DNA of 64,000 nucleotides, taken from contig CBDBHE010000005.1 in the NCBI GenBank assembly GCA_965205605.1, positions 19,805 through 83,804 on the forward strand, in the 5' to 3' direction. Positions within the stretch are counted from its first letter, which is position 1. The number at the start of each line of letters is the position of its first letter. The translations under genes were made by a program, and so were the position numbers. Under the pieces are notes generated by a model, which saw only the letters and a program-made list of their open reading frames with translations, had not been told where the DNA came from and did no database searches. Source of the stretch: Spirochaetota bacterium (lineage in GTDB: Bacteria > Spirochaetota > UBA12135 > COTS27 > CBDBHE01). This document shows, in pieces, positions 43,429 through 52,830 of the stretch.

Positions 43429-44055
43429 TTATTTAAATAAATTAAAAAATTCTTTCGGGTTTGAAACTAAATAATCAGGGTTTTGTTTTTTTAAAGCTTC
43501 CGTGTTATTATATCCCCAAGAGACAGCAATCACTTTAATACCTGATTTTCTTGCTGCTTCGATATCTCTAGTTTCATCCCCTATATAGACAGATTCTTTT
43601 GCTAAAAGACCATGTTTTTGCATCAGTTTAAGAATATTTTTGTGTTTGCCAAAAATACTGCGAACTGCATAAAGTTCATTAAAAATATCAATATCATTTT
43701 TTTTTAAAAATCTAACAACATTATCCTCAACATTAGAAGTCACAATCGCCATAAAGTATTTTTTTTTAACTAATTCTTTTAAAGTATTACAAATTCCTTC
43801 AATAGGAGGGATTTCAGTAATCGCTTTTCCAATTTGTTGTTGACATTCTTTGATAAATTTTGGTATCTTAAAAGGGTTAACTCTCATACTTTTAATAAAA
43901 CCTTGTAAAGTTAATCCTGTCATGGCATTCATTTCTTCATAAGTCTTAGTAGGATACCCATAACGTATGGCAATATCATTACCAATTTCAATCGCTTTTC
44001 TAAAACTATTAATAATGGTCCCATCGAAGTCAAATATAAGATTTTTAAACAACAT
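43429..44055 (-). CDS. HAD-IA phosphatase (phosphoglycolate-phosphatase-like)
   Basis: IFDFDGTI, VTSN, GK, YIGDETRDIEAA, VSWG. Confidence 0.88.
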   Translation of the reverse strand: MLFKNLIFDFDGTIINSFRKAIEIGNDIAIRYGYPTKTYEEMNAMTGLTLQGFIKSMRVNPFKIPKFIKECQQQIGKAITEIPPIEGICNTLKELVKKKYFMAIVTSNVEDNVVRFLKKNDIDIFNELYAVRSIFGKHKNILKLMQKHGLLAKESVYIGDETRDIEAARKSGIKVIAVSWGYNNTEALKKQNPDYLVSNPKEFFNLFK

Positions 44056-44143
44056 ATTTCTAAATTCTTTTTTTATATTAAAATGCTTTATGCTTTTTTA
44101 CAAAAAAGTAAGAAAAATTAACAAGTAACAATTAATTTTATTA

Positions 44144-45400
44144 ATGAAGCATTTAAAGCAAATCATCTTTTCTCTTTTTCTTCTTTTCAACTATTCTAAA
44201 GCAGAGAATTATCTATTAATTCCCATGGACAAAACTCAAAGCAACCATTTAAAAGCCTACGGAAGCACCTTTTTGGCTTTAAACAAAGGATATACTTGTA
44301 AATGGCTATTAAATTACAAAGGAGGTAGTTTTTTATTGCCCAATGCTCCATCTATTTTATCGTTTATTATTGAGAAAGGGATTGACTTTGTTTACTTAAA
44401 TAAAAACAACTATCAAAAAATAAAAAAGATAATTGCCGCTAACAACATGAATGAAATCAAACTAGAAAAAGCTCCTAAAATAGCCATATACACTCCTACA
44501 AGTGAAAATCCTTGGGCAGATGCTGTTACTTTAGCGATTAATTATGCAGAAATTCCCTATGATAAGATTTATGACCGAGAAGTACTAATAGGTGCTTTGG
44601 AAAAGTATGATTGGCTTCATTTACATCACGAAGATTTTACAGGTTCTTTCAATAAATTCACAGCCACGCTTCAAAACGAAGAGTGGTTGCAAGAAAAAGT
44701 AGCCACAGCAAATCGCGAAGCTCAAAAAACAGGCTTTAAAAATGTTTCCGAACATAAAAAAAAAGTAGCTAGGACCATGCAATTAGCTGTTTCTAAAGGT
44801 CTTTTTCTTTTTGCGATGTGTGCTTCTAGTGAAACTTTAGATATTGCTCTTGCTGCTGAAGGGGTTGATATTATTGATGCCACTATTGACACAACCCCTA
44901 TTGACAAAGAATGGAAAAGTAAAATTGATTATCAAAAAACTTTTGCTTTTGAAAATTTTGAAATTTATGTCGATCCTTACAGGCGAAGTTTTTCTGATAT
45001 TGACTACAACCAAGTTAATACAGTAAATAGAAAAGAAACAAGTGACTTTATTTTATTTGAATTTTCAGCAAAAATTGATCCTATTGAAACACTTCTCACT
45101 CAAAATCATCAAAATAGGATCAAAGGTTTTTTTGGACAAACGACTTCGTTTAATCCTTCAAAAATTAAAGATGGAGTACGTATTTTAGCTAAAACAATTA
45201 ATCAAACAGCAAAATATATCACAGGTAATTATGGTAAAGGTACTTTTACTTTTTACGGAGGACACGCTCCAGAAGACAAAAATCATTTTATTGGTGATCA
45301 AAAACCTGATATGAAAAAAAATAAAAACTCAGCAGGTTATAGAATCATTCTAAATAATATTCTCTACCCTTCAGCAAAACCTCCTCGTAAAAAAACATAA
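44144..45400 (+). CDS. Exported conserved protein of unknown function (family I recall being auto-annotated 'asparagine synthetase B' in Bacteroidota)
   Basis: LIPMD..Q.NHLKAYG, WLLNYKGGSF, PWADAVTL, YDWLHLHHEDFTG, FAMC, GGH.PED; signal peptide; no AsnB Ntn-Cys or SGGLDS. Confidence 0.7.
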   Translation: MKHLKQIIFSLFLLFNYSKAENYLLIPMDKTQSNHLKAYGSTFLALNKGYTCKWLLNYKGGSFLLPNAPSILSFIIEKGIDFVYLNKNNYQKIKKIIAANNMNEIKLEKAPKIAIYTPTSENPWADAVTLAINYAEIPYDKIYDREVLIGALEKYDWLHLHHEDFTGSFNKFTATLQNEEWLQEKVATANREAQKTGFKNVSEHKKKVARTMQLAVSKGLFLFAMCASSETLDIALAAEGVDIIDATIDTTPIDKEWKSKIDYQKTFAFENFEIYVDPYRRSFSDIDYNQVNTVNRKETSDFILFEFSAKIDPIETLLTQNHQNRIKGFFGQTTSFNPSKIKDGVRILAKTINQTAKYITGNYGKGTFTFYGGHAPEDKNHFIGDQKPDMKKNKNSAGYRIILNNILYPSAKPPRKKT

Positions 45401-45641
45401 AAATAATAACAATGATATTTTTTTTGCTAATAAAATTTTTTTTTATTATTAACATATTCTTTAATCTTATTTTTATCATCTATAAAGATTGGAATTTTAA
45501 TATTTTTATCCTAAATTTACTCTCAAAGCCCCATAAAGTTCTTTGATAAGATACTAATTATAAATAATTTAAGCAGGTTATTTTATGTTATAATTTTTTA
45601 GAAAAACACAAGTAATTAACTTAAAAAAGTGATTTGATAAA

Positions 45642-46397
45642 ATGATATTAGCTCCACTATTAATTTTAAAATTAAAATTTTTAAAAAAAAAATTAAAAAA
45701 TTTATTTAGAAAACCTAAAGATATTACTAATACTTGGATAAAAACCCCACACATGATGCATTCAAATATCAATTTTCACAATTGGTTTAATGCCACTGAT
45801 TCAATTGAAACAACTTTAAAAACCGGTAAAAGAGATTGGGATTATCGCTTAAAATCAATTTCTTTCCCACTATTAAAGCAATACAATCGAGCCTGTGAAA
45901 TTGGTTTTGGTAGTGGTAGATTGCTTCAATGGTCGTGTAAAGATTTTGAAAAAGTTTATGGTGTAGATATTCACGAATCTTTTCTCAGGACCTCTACTTT
46001 CTTAAAAGCCCAAAATACCAATAATTTTGAACTCATTCATTTTGATAAAAGAGAAAAAATCCCTAACCAAAGCATCGATTTTTTTTATTCATTCATCGTT
46101 TTTCAACATTTCAGTAAGATTGATGTAGTAAAAGATTACCTGGTTTTTATAAAAAAAAAAAAATCCAAAAAAGGCATTGCACATATTTATTACGCAAAAT
46201 ACCCTGGAAAAGGTTATCACGAAATTGATGAAAAATCTTTTAGTAATAACGAATCAACACTTTACATTAATCCAAATTATATGAAAACACTTGTAAATGA
46301 GGCGGGGCTTTTAGTAGTTTCAGAGTGTTTATCTGTATACAAAGACATTCATAAAAAAAACAAAAAATCAATCCAGGTTTACATGATTCTAAAATGA
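45642..46397 (+). CDS. Class I SAM-dependent methyltransferase
   Basis: EIGFGSGR, YGVDI, DFFYSFIVFQH; start uncertain. Confidence 0.8.
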   Translation: MILAPLLILKLKFLKKKLKNLFRKPKDITNTWIKTPHMMHSNINFHNWFNATDSIETTLKTGKRDWDYRLKSISFPLLKQYNRACEIGFGSGRLLQWSCKDFEKVYGVDIHESFLRTSTFLKAQNTNNFELIHFDKREKIPNQSIDFFYSFIVFQHFSKIDVVKDYLVFIKKKKSKKGIAHIYYAKYPGKGYHEIDEKSFSNNESTLYINPNYMKTLVNEAGLLVVSECLSVYKDIHKKNKKSIQVYMILK

Positions 46398-46420
46398 ATG
46401 CTTACGATTTAGTCATTGAT

Positions 46421-47620
46421 TTAAAATTTATAAGAATATTCTAAAACTACCCCATCGTGATATATATCAAACTTGATGTTTCTCAAATAAGAATAGTGGG
46501 GATATTTTTCTGAGAGCTGATCACTCTCAAACCACAAATTAAACCAATAAAAAAATGACATGGTACCATAAACAAAACCCACAACAATATACCCACTATA
46601 TACTGGGTTCCTTCCTGGCTCTATTAACTGTGCTACATACGTTCCAATTAGAAAATCCAAAGGGGCTAAAAGTAAAGAACCTGCTATTGTTAGGCCATCT
46701 CCCTGTGATAGATTCCCTAGAGGAAAAAAAGGAAACACCACATCAATCCACTGAAAATTAATTATAGACATTTCTTCCTTGTATAATTGCATTTCTATTT
46801 TTCTTCTTTTTTCTTTTAACACCAATTGTTTTATTTGTTTCTCCTCAAATCTTTTCTTTAGTCTTTTCTTTAACTCGATTTCTCCTCGTCCTGACATAAT
46901 ATTCTCTATACTAAAAACGTCTTTCTCATTGTAATCACCCGATTCTTTCTTTTTTTGATCAAAAGATACCTTTAAAGACTTCCATTGCAATAACTGACCT
47001 ACTATTATTAAAGGACCCCAGTAGTGATATCCATAACTTTCACTATAATAATAATCCTCTTCTAATTCTTGAACTAAAAATTGAAATTGAAAAGTGATTT
47101 CATAATTGAAATTAGAATTGAAATTAGTAGAGATATCGAAATCTTGTATTTTTTCTAAGATCAGATTTTTATCATTGATAAATTTTTCAAGAATTCCCCC
47201 TTTAACGCCTTTCTTTTTTGGTTGTTTATAGTATTTTGCTCTTCCAAGATCGATTTGACAAACGTCAGATTTTAAAATAAATTCCCAATTATCAGAATTC
47301 CAAGAATCAAACTTGGGAATTTTTAAGGGTTTTGATATAGTCATATCAGATGAAACTAAATAAAATTTCTTACCTACTAAGCTTGATTTTAACCATTTGC
47401 TAGCTTCTTCTTTGAGTCGATTCGCCTTTATTGTTTTCCCTTCTTTTGCTAATAGTTCACTGATATTTTGTTTTTTTGCATAAGTATCAAAAACTGTCAA
47501 TAGATCGGAAGCGGCAATACTTTTAGATTGATCAGAGCCTTTAATTTCATAGGGATAGAAGAATACTAGTAACAAAGAGATAACTAATATCTTTCGATAA
47601 TACCAAAATTTTAAATTCAA
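46421..47620 (-). CDS. Exported hypothetical protein with P13-porin-like C-terminal membrane domain
   Basis: Signal-like N-terminus, coiled coil, FPLGNLSQGD plus hydrophobic helices, terminal LEYSYKF. Confidence 0.55.
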   Translation of the reverse strand: MNLKFWYYRKILVISLLLVFFYPYEIKGSDQSKSIAASDLLTVFDTYAKKQNISELLAKEGKTIKANRLKEEASKWLKSSLVGKKFYLVSSDMTISKPLKIPKFDSWNSDNWEFILKSDVCQIDLGRAKYYKQPKKKGVKGGILEKFINDKNLILEKIQDFDISTNFNSNFNYEITFQFQFLVQELEEDYYYSESYGYHYWGPLIIVGQLLQWKSLKVSFDQKKKESGDYNEKDVFSIENIMSGRGEIELKKRLKKRFEEKQIKQLVLKEKRRKIEMQLYKEEMSIINFQWIDVVFPFFPLGNLSQGDGLTIAGSLLLAPLDFLIGTYVAQLIEPGRNPVYSGYIVVGFVYGTMSFFYWFNLWFESDQLSEKYPHYSYLRNIKFDIYHDGVVLEYSYKF

Positions 47621-47965
47621 CTGATCTTCCTAGACTTCTTTAAAATTTTGCATTTTTAGTTGGTTAGTATAATTTTTATTGTAGAAAAAAGGGAAAAACA
47701 AAAAAAGAGATCCCAAAAGTGAGTACGGCACAGATTAGTATTACTGCAGCCCACTTTATATCTCCTCAAATAAGGGGTAGGGATACAAACCACCCAAACA
47801 ATAAAATTAGGCATGCGTTTTCAATATTCCAGTGCGTCTTTATCAACAGTATGAATCAAGTAAAATTCCCAATGTGAATATTCTTTATATCAAGCGTATT
47901 GCTAATTTTTATAAAATAAAGATAGAAAGATTATTCCAAAAATAAATGTTTTTTTAAAAAAAAAA

Positions 47966-48544
47966 TCAAACAATGAAATTTTTAACGTATTTTCCAAACG
48001 CATCAAACTCAATATTGACTTTTTCTCCTTGCTTAAGAGAAGAAAACGTTGTATGTTCATATGTGTACGGCAAAATAACCACACTAAAAGAAAGCTCTTT
48101 TTTTCCATACACCGTTAACGACACTCCATTAATCGTCACTGATCCTTTAAGTAAAATATAAGGACTTTTTTCCTTTGGTATCGCAAAAGAAAAAAGAAAA
48201 CCATCTTCAAAAGAGGTGATGTTAATTAGATCAATCATTTGATCAATATGACCATAAACAAAATGACCACTTAAGCGATCCCCTAATCGAAGGGATCTTT
48301 CTAAGTTGACTTTTTCTCTTTTTTTTAAAGTGTCCAAATTAGTAATTTCTAATGTTTTTGAAGAAGCAGAAACCTGGAAAGTTTTTTCTGATTTAGAAAC
48401 GACTGTTTGGCAAACTCCATTAATAGCGACGCTTTCTCCGATTAAAAGATCTTGAGAAAAGGGAGCTTCGATTTCAAATTGTTTGCCTTTTTTTTGGCGA
48501 ATGTCTAAAATAAGGCCAAGGTATTGAGTAATACCAGAAAACAT
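47966..48544 (-). CDS. ribE: Riboflavin synthase alpha chain
   Basis: MFSGI, GESVAINGVCQTV, NLERS, SGHFVYGHID, KGSVTINGVSLTV, VNIEFD. Confidence 0.95.
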   Translation of the reverse strand: MFSGITQYLGLILDIRQKKGKQFEIEAPFSQDLLIGESVAINGVCQTVVSKSEKTFQVSASSKTLEITNLDTLKKREKVNLERSLRLGDRLSGHFVYGHIDQMIDLINITSFEDGFLFSFAIPKEKSPYILLKGSVTINGVSLTVYGKKELSFSVVILPYTYEHTTFSSLKQGEKVNIEFDAFGKYVKNFIV

Positions 48545-48545
48545 T

Positions 48546-49337
48546 TTAAAGCGATTGTCCTGAGTTATCTAATAAAATTTTAAGACCAATTAAAGATAAA
48601 TTAGACTCTAAAGTAATTTTTTCTTCAGAAAAATGAGTTGCATAACGTGCTAAACCACCTGTAGCTACAAGGGAAACCTTTTTTTTAAAAAAGTATTTTT
48701 TTTTAACTAAACGAATCATCCCATCAATCCCAATCCCACTAAAATAATAAATACCATTTTGCATACATTCTTTTGTTGAGTTTCCTAAAACCTTCTTAGG
48801 ATAATCAAGGGCTGTCATGGGGAGCTTGCTTGTTTTTTTAGCAAGTGCTTCCAAAGAAATGGCGATGCCGGGCATAATGAATCCACCTAAAAATTCTTTT
48901 TTTTCTGAAAGAATATCAAAAGTAATCGCTGTTCCAAAATCAATCACAATGTTTGGAAACCCATGTAATACGGAAGCTGCCTTAAGACTCACAAGACGAT
49001 CTACCCCAATGGCATTAGCATCATCATAATTAAGAATCATATCAGAGAACATTTCATGACCAACTGACAAAATACTAAGATTAAAATGATTTATCATCAT
49101 TTTACTAAAATTATGATTAAGCTCAGGAACAACAGAAGAAAAAATCCCACTCCTAACTTCAAACATATTAATCCCTTTGTGATTTAAAATACTTTTAAAA
49201 GTAGTGGTTAATTCATCTGTTGTTACAATGCGTGGTGTTGATATTCGAAAGGTTGTTTTTAATTGATAGTTTTTTTTCTCACTTGAAAAAAGACCACACG
49301 TAATATTAGTATTTCCGATATCAATAGCGATTTGCAT
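48546..49337 (-). CDS. coaX: Type III pantothenate kinase
   Basis: DIGNTN, SSVVP, IGVDR, DFGTAITFD, GG.IMPG, ATGG. Confidence 0.93.
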   Translation of the reverse strand: MQIAIDIGNTNITCGLFSSEKKNYQLKTTFRISTPRIVTTDELTTTFKSILNHKGINMFEVRSGIFSSVVPELNHNFSKMMINHFNLSILSVGHEMFSDMILNYDDANAIGVDRLVSLKAASVLHGFPNIVIDFGTAITFDILSEKKEFLGGFIMPGIAISLEALAKKTSKLPMTALDYPKKVLGNSTKECMQNGIYYFSGIGIDGMIRLVKKKYFFKKKVSLVATGGLARYATHFSEEKITLESNLSLIGLKILLDNSGQSL

Positions 49338-49343
49338 TTTTCT

Positions 49344-50525
49344 CTACTTTGTCTTTAAATCAATTAATTTAAGATTTTTTTTCATAAGAGGAAACTCTAT
49401 TTTAATTTCAGTCCCTCTATTTTTTTTTGACTCAACGAGGATCTCTCCTCTATGTTCTTTTATGATTTTATAAACAATTGTCAACCCAAGTCCTGTACCC
49501 ATTTCTTTTGACGTATAAAAAGGTTCGAAAATCTCCCCCAAATTATTTTTGTCAATACCACACCCATTATCTATGATCGAAAAAATAATTTTATTTTCTT
49601 CTAAATCTGTTGCAATCGAAATCAAACCACCCTCATCATAGACCTCACTGATAGCTTGAATACTATTTTTAACTAGATTAATCAATGCTTGCTTGATGTA
49701 ATTTTTGTCTAGTTTGTAAAGAGGAATAGATTCATTTAAATTTAATTTTAAAGCAATTTTTTTTGCTTTTAATTCTAAAGACATTAAATGAAGAGTTTCA
49801 TTAATAATTTCATTGAGATTTGCAATTTTTCTAATTGATTTAGTGGGTCGAATAGAAAGCAAAAAGTCATTCACAATTTGATTTAAACGATTTAATTCTT
49901 CTTTAAAAACACTCACCAATGCATTCAAATGAGGTTTTTCTGAAATCGATTTTTTACTTAAAAAACGTTCGATAAGCTGCAGGTGCAAATCCAAAGACCC
50001 TAATGGATTTTTGATTTCATGAGCAATGCCTGCTGTTAAAATTTTTAAAGAAGAAATTGATTTTTCATGACTACGTTTAAGATAACGACTATGCCATTGT
50101 GTGTTATCAAAAAAAATATAAACAAAATTACTAATTTCTCCTTTTTTAGCAATGACAAAAGCTGATAAACTACCAATACCAACTTGATGAGTACTTAGAC
50201 GAAAAGAAACTTCTTCTCCTTTTAAAGAATTACTATCTTGAATATAACCTTTAATTTTTCTTCTGACTTCATTTTCTTCAAGGACTTCAAGGAAGGGGTG
50301 ACCGACGTAATTAAAAGATTTTTTTTTAAAAAATTGATTCATAAATTTATTATGTTTTAAAATCAGATGACTTTTATTGGTAATCACCACTCCCATCTCA
50401 ATATAATCAAAAACTTGATCTAAAAGCTTTTTTTCCTCATAATTTTTTTTTACATAATCAATAATAACTTTTTTATCAAGTCGATCTAAAGCATTGATAA
50501 ATTTATTTTCTGTAAGAAAATTCAT
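49344..50525 (-). CDS. Cytoplasmic PAS sensor histidine kinase (NtrB-like)
   Basis: AHEIKNPL, NLVKNS, DNGCG, FEPFY, GTGLGL; no TM segments. Confidence 0.9.
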   Translation of the reverse strand: MNFLTENKFINALDRLDKKVIIDYVKKNYEEKKLLDQVFDYIEMGVVITNKSHLILKHNKFMNQFFKKKSFNYVGHPFLEVLEENEVRRKIKGYIQDSNSLKGEEVSFRLSTHQVGIGSLSAFVIAKKGEISNFVYIFFDNTQWHSRYLKRSHEKSISSLKILTAGIAHEIKNPLGSLDLHLQLIERFLSKKSISEKPHLNALVSVFKEELNRLNQIVNDFLLSIRPTKSIRKIANLNEIINETLHLMSLELKAKKIALKLNLNESIPLYKLDKNYIKQALINLVKNSIQAISEVYDEGGLISIATDLEENKIIFSIIDNGCGIDKNNLGEIFEPFYTSKEMGTGLGLTIVYKIIKEHRGEILVESKKNRGTEIKIEFPLMKKNLKLIDLKTK

Positions 50526-50532
50526 TGTTAGC

Positions 50533-51927
50533 TTAATTGAAAAATGTTGAATATTTTTTTAAAATAGATCTTGCTGTTTTAATTTGCTTTTTAACAGAAT
50601 CAAAAGAAGTGGATCCAAAAGATATTTTATTTTTTATAACGGTTTCTAACTTTAAATGATGATAAATGTCATCTTCAAATAAAGGAGAAAATTGTTGATA
50701 TTCTTTAAGAGAAAGATCTAGAAAGATTTTTTTTTCTTTTTCTAAAAATTTAACAAGCTTACCGACAATTTCGTGAGCTTCTCTAAAAGGAAGCTTCTTT
50801 TTCACTAAATAATCAGCAAGATCTGTTGCTTGTAAATAACCTTTTTCACAAGCTTCTTTCATTTTATCTTTATTAATTTTCATTGATTCAAGTATTTTTG
50901 GAAAAATACTCAAACAATTATTTAACTGATTCACGACATCAAAAAGACCTTCTTTATCTTCTTGCAAATCTTTATTATAAGCTAAAGGCAGTGCCTTTAA
51001 AGTACTCAAAAGTCCCACTAGGTGTCCATAAACCCTTCCTGTTTTTCCTCTTATTAGTTCACAAGCATCCGGGTTTTTTTTATTAGGCATAATCGAGCTA
51101 CCTGTCGCAAAAGCATCATCTATTTCAATAAAATTAAAAAGCTTATTAGAATAAAGAATGAACTCTTCATTAATTCTAGAAAGATGCATCATTAAAATAG
51201 AAGACACAGAAAAATATTCAAGCATAAAATCTCTATCAGAAACAGCATCCATTGCATTGTGGGAGACTTTTTGAAAACCAAGCTCCTTAGCAACAAAAAA
51301 ACGATCGACTTGATAGTTTACTCCTGCAAAAGCCCCACTACCTAAAGGGCAAATATCAACTCTTTTTCTAAGATCAATAAAACGATTTAAATCTCTTTGC
51401 AACATAAAAAAATAAGCCATAAAGTAATAGGCTAATGTAATGGGTTGAGCTAGTTGTAAATGTGTAAATCCAGGTAAAATAACAAGTTGATTTTTTTCAC
51501 TAAGCTCCGTAAAAATTCTTAAAATTTCAACAATCAAAAAACATTGATCATCAATTTCCTTTCTTAAATACAGCCTTACATCAACATTTACTTGATCATT
51601 ACGTGACCTAGCTGTATGCAAAAAAGCTCCTGCTTTTCCTATTCTTTTGGTTAATTCTTTTTCGATTGCCATATGAATATCTTCATCTTTAGCATCAAAA
51701 ACAAATTGATTATTTTCCATAGCAAGTTTAATCTCAAGAAGTCCTTTTTTAATTAATAAAAAATTTTCTTTTGTAATAATACTTTGATTGGCAAGCATTT
51801 GAGCATGAACAATAGAAGCCTTAATGTCTTGAGCATACAGTTTTTTATCAAAATAAAGACTCGCATTAAATTGTTCCATTAAAGGATCTGTTTTTTTATC
51901 AAATCGACCTTCCCACACTTTACCCAT
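50533..51927 (-). CDS. argH: Argininosuccinate lyase
   Basis: WEGRF, HTARSRNDQV, PGFTHLQ.AQP, GSSIMPNKKNPD, YNKDLQEDKE. Confidence 0.97.
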   Translation of the reverse strand: MGKVWEGRFDKKTDPLMEQFNASLYFDKKLYAQDIKASIVHAQMLANQSIITKENFLLIKKGLLEIKLAMENNQFVFDAKDEDIHMAIEKELTKRIGKAGAFLHTARSRNDQVNVDVRLYLRKEIDDQCFLIVEILRIFTELSEKNQLVILPGFTHLQLAQPITLAYYFMAYFFMLQRDLNRFIDLRKRVDICPLGSGAFAGVNYQVDRFFVAKELGFQKVSHNAMDAVSDRDFMLEYFSVSSILMMHLSRINEEFILYSNKLFNFIEIDDAFATGSSIMPNKKNPDACELIRGKTGRVYGHLVGLLSTLKALPLAYNKDLQEDKEGLFDVVNQLNNCLSIFPKILESMKINKDKMKEACEKGYLQATDLADYLVKKKLPFREAHEIVGKLVKFLEKEKKIFLDLSLKEYQQFSPLFEDDIYHHLKLETVIKNKISFGSTSFDSVKKQIKTARSILKKYSTFFN

Positions 51928-52112
51928 ACTAACTACTCCATTCTATAACCATCAAGTCATTATCATGCTCTAACATTTATTTATTGTCAAAAAATGAATC
52001 ATCAAATTTATTGATAATTTTAAATTAAATCAACTAAATTAATTTTATATTAATACAATGCTATAATAAAATACTTATCTTTTAAAATGTCCAGGGTAAA
52101 TTAAATTAACAT

Positions 52113-52829
52113 TTGAATTCTAAAAAAAATAAAAAACACCCTGTTATTCTTGCCTTAGACACAGACTGTTTAGAAGAAGTTACTAAATTTAAAAAACTAT
52201 TTTCTCCTTATATTAATTATATCAAAATAGGGAATCCTCTTTTTATAAAATTTGGATCTAAAGTGATTGATATGATCAAGAGAGAAAATATCAATGTTTT
52301 TTTGGATCTCAAGTTTCACGATATCCCAAGCGCCACCTTTAATGCTTGCTACCAAGCTACTCTATTAGGAGTTAACATGCTTACCATTCATCTGATGGGT
52401 GGGAAAGAAATGATCAAAAAAGCCGTTGAAGGGGTTAAAAAAGCTCAAAAAAAAACAAAACAAAAATGCTTGATACTCGGTGTTATGGTGCTCACTTCCT
52501 TTGAAGAAGCCTTATTTCAATCAACTTTTCTAACCAATAAAAAAATAAAAGATTATATGTTGCATTTAGTCACTATTGGCAACAAAGCAGGAATTGATGG
52601 ATTTATTTGTTCTCCAAAAGAAGTCGCCTATTTTAAAAAAAAATTCCCAAAAAAAATATGGATTACACCTGGGATTAGAGATCAAAGCCAAAATGAAAAC
52701 TCTGATCAAAAAAGAGTTTCAACAGCAAAGCAAGCTTTTCAAGCAGGCTCAGATTTCATCATTATAGGTAGACCCATTATTCAAGCAAAAGACCCTTTAA
52801 AAGCCTTTAAAGAAATTATTTCAACTTAG
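52113..52829 (+). CDS. pyrF: Orotidine 5'-phosphate decarboxylase
   Basis: LALD, FLDLKFHDIP, LTS, TPGIR, DQKR, IGRPI. Confidence 0.95.
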   Translation: MNSKKNKKHPVILALDTDCLEEVTKFKKLFSPYINYIKIGNPLFIKFGSKVIDMIKRENINVFLDLKFHDIPSATFNACYQATLLGVNMLTIHLMGGKEMIKKAVEGVKKAQKKTKQKCLILGVMVLTSFEEALFQSTFLTNKKIKDYMLHLVTIGNKAGIDGFICSPKEVAYFKKKFPKKIWITPGIRDQSQNENSDQKRVSTAKQAFQAGSDFIIIGRPIIQAKDPLKAFKEIIST

Positions 52830-52830
52830 C

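Noticed and set aside
47850-47880. GTAAAATTCCC resembling the FMN riboswitch core near ribE
   Set aside because: It is downstream of ribE, on the opposite strand, and the other RFN motifs are absent.
51990-52030. Possible ARG box upstream of argH
   Set aside because: Only a TGAAT half-site; no matching ATTCA half.
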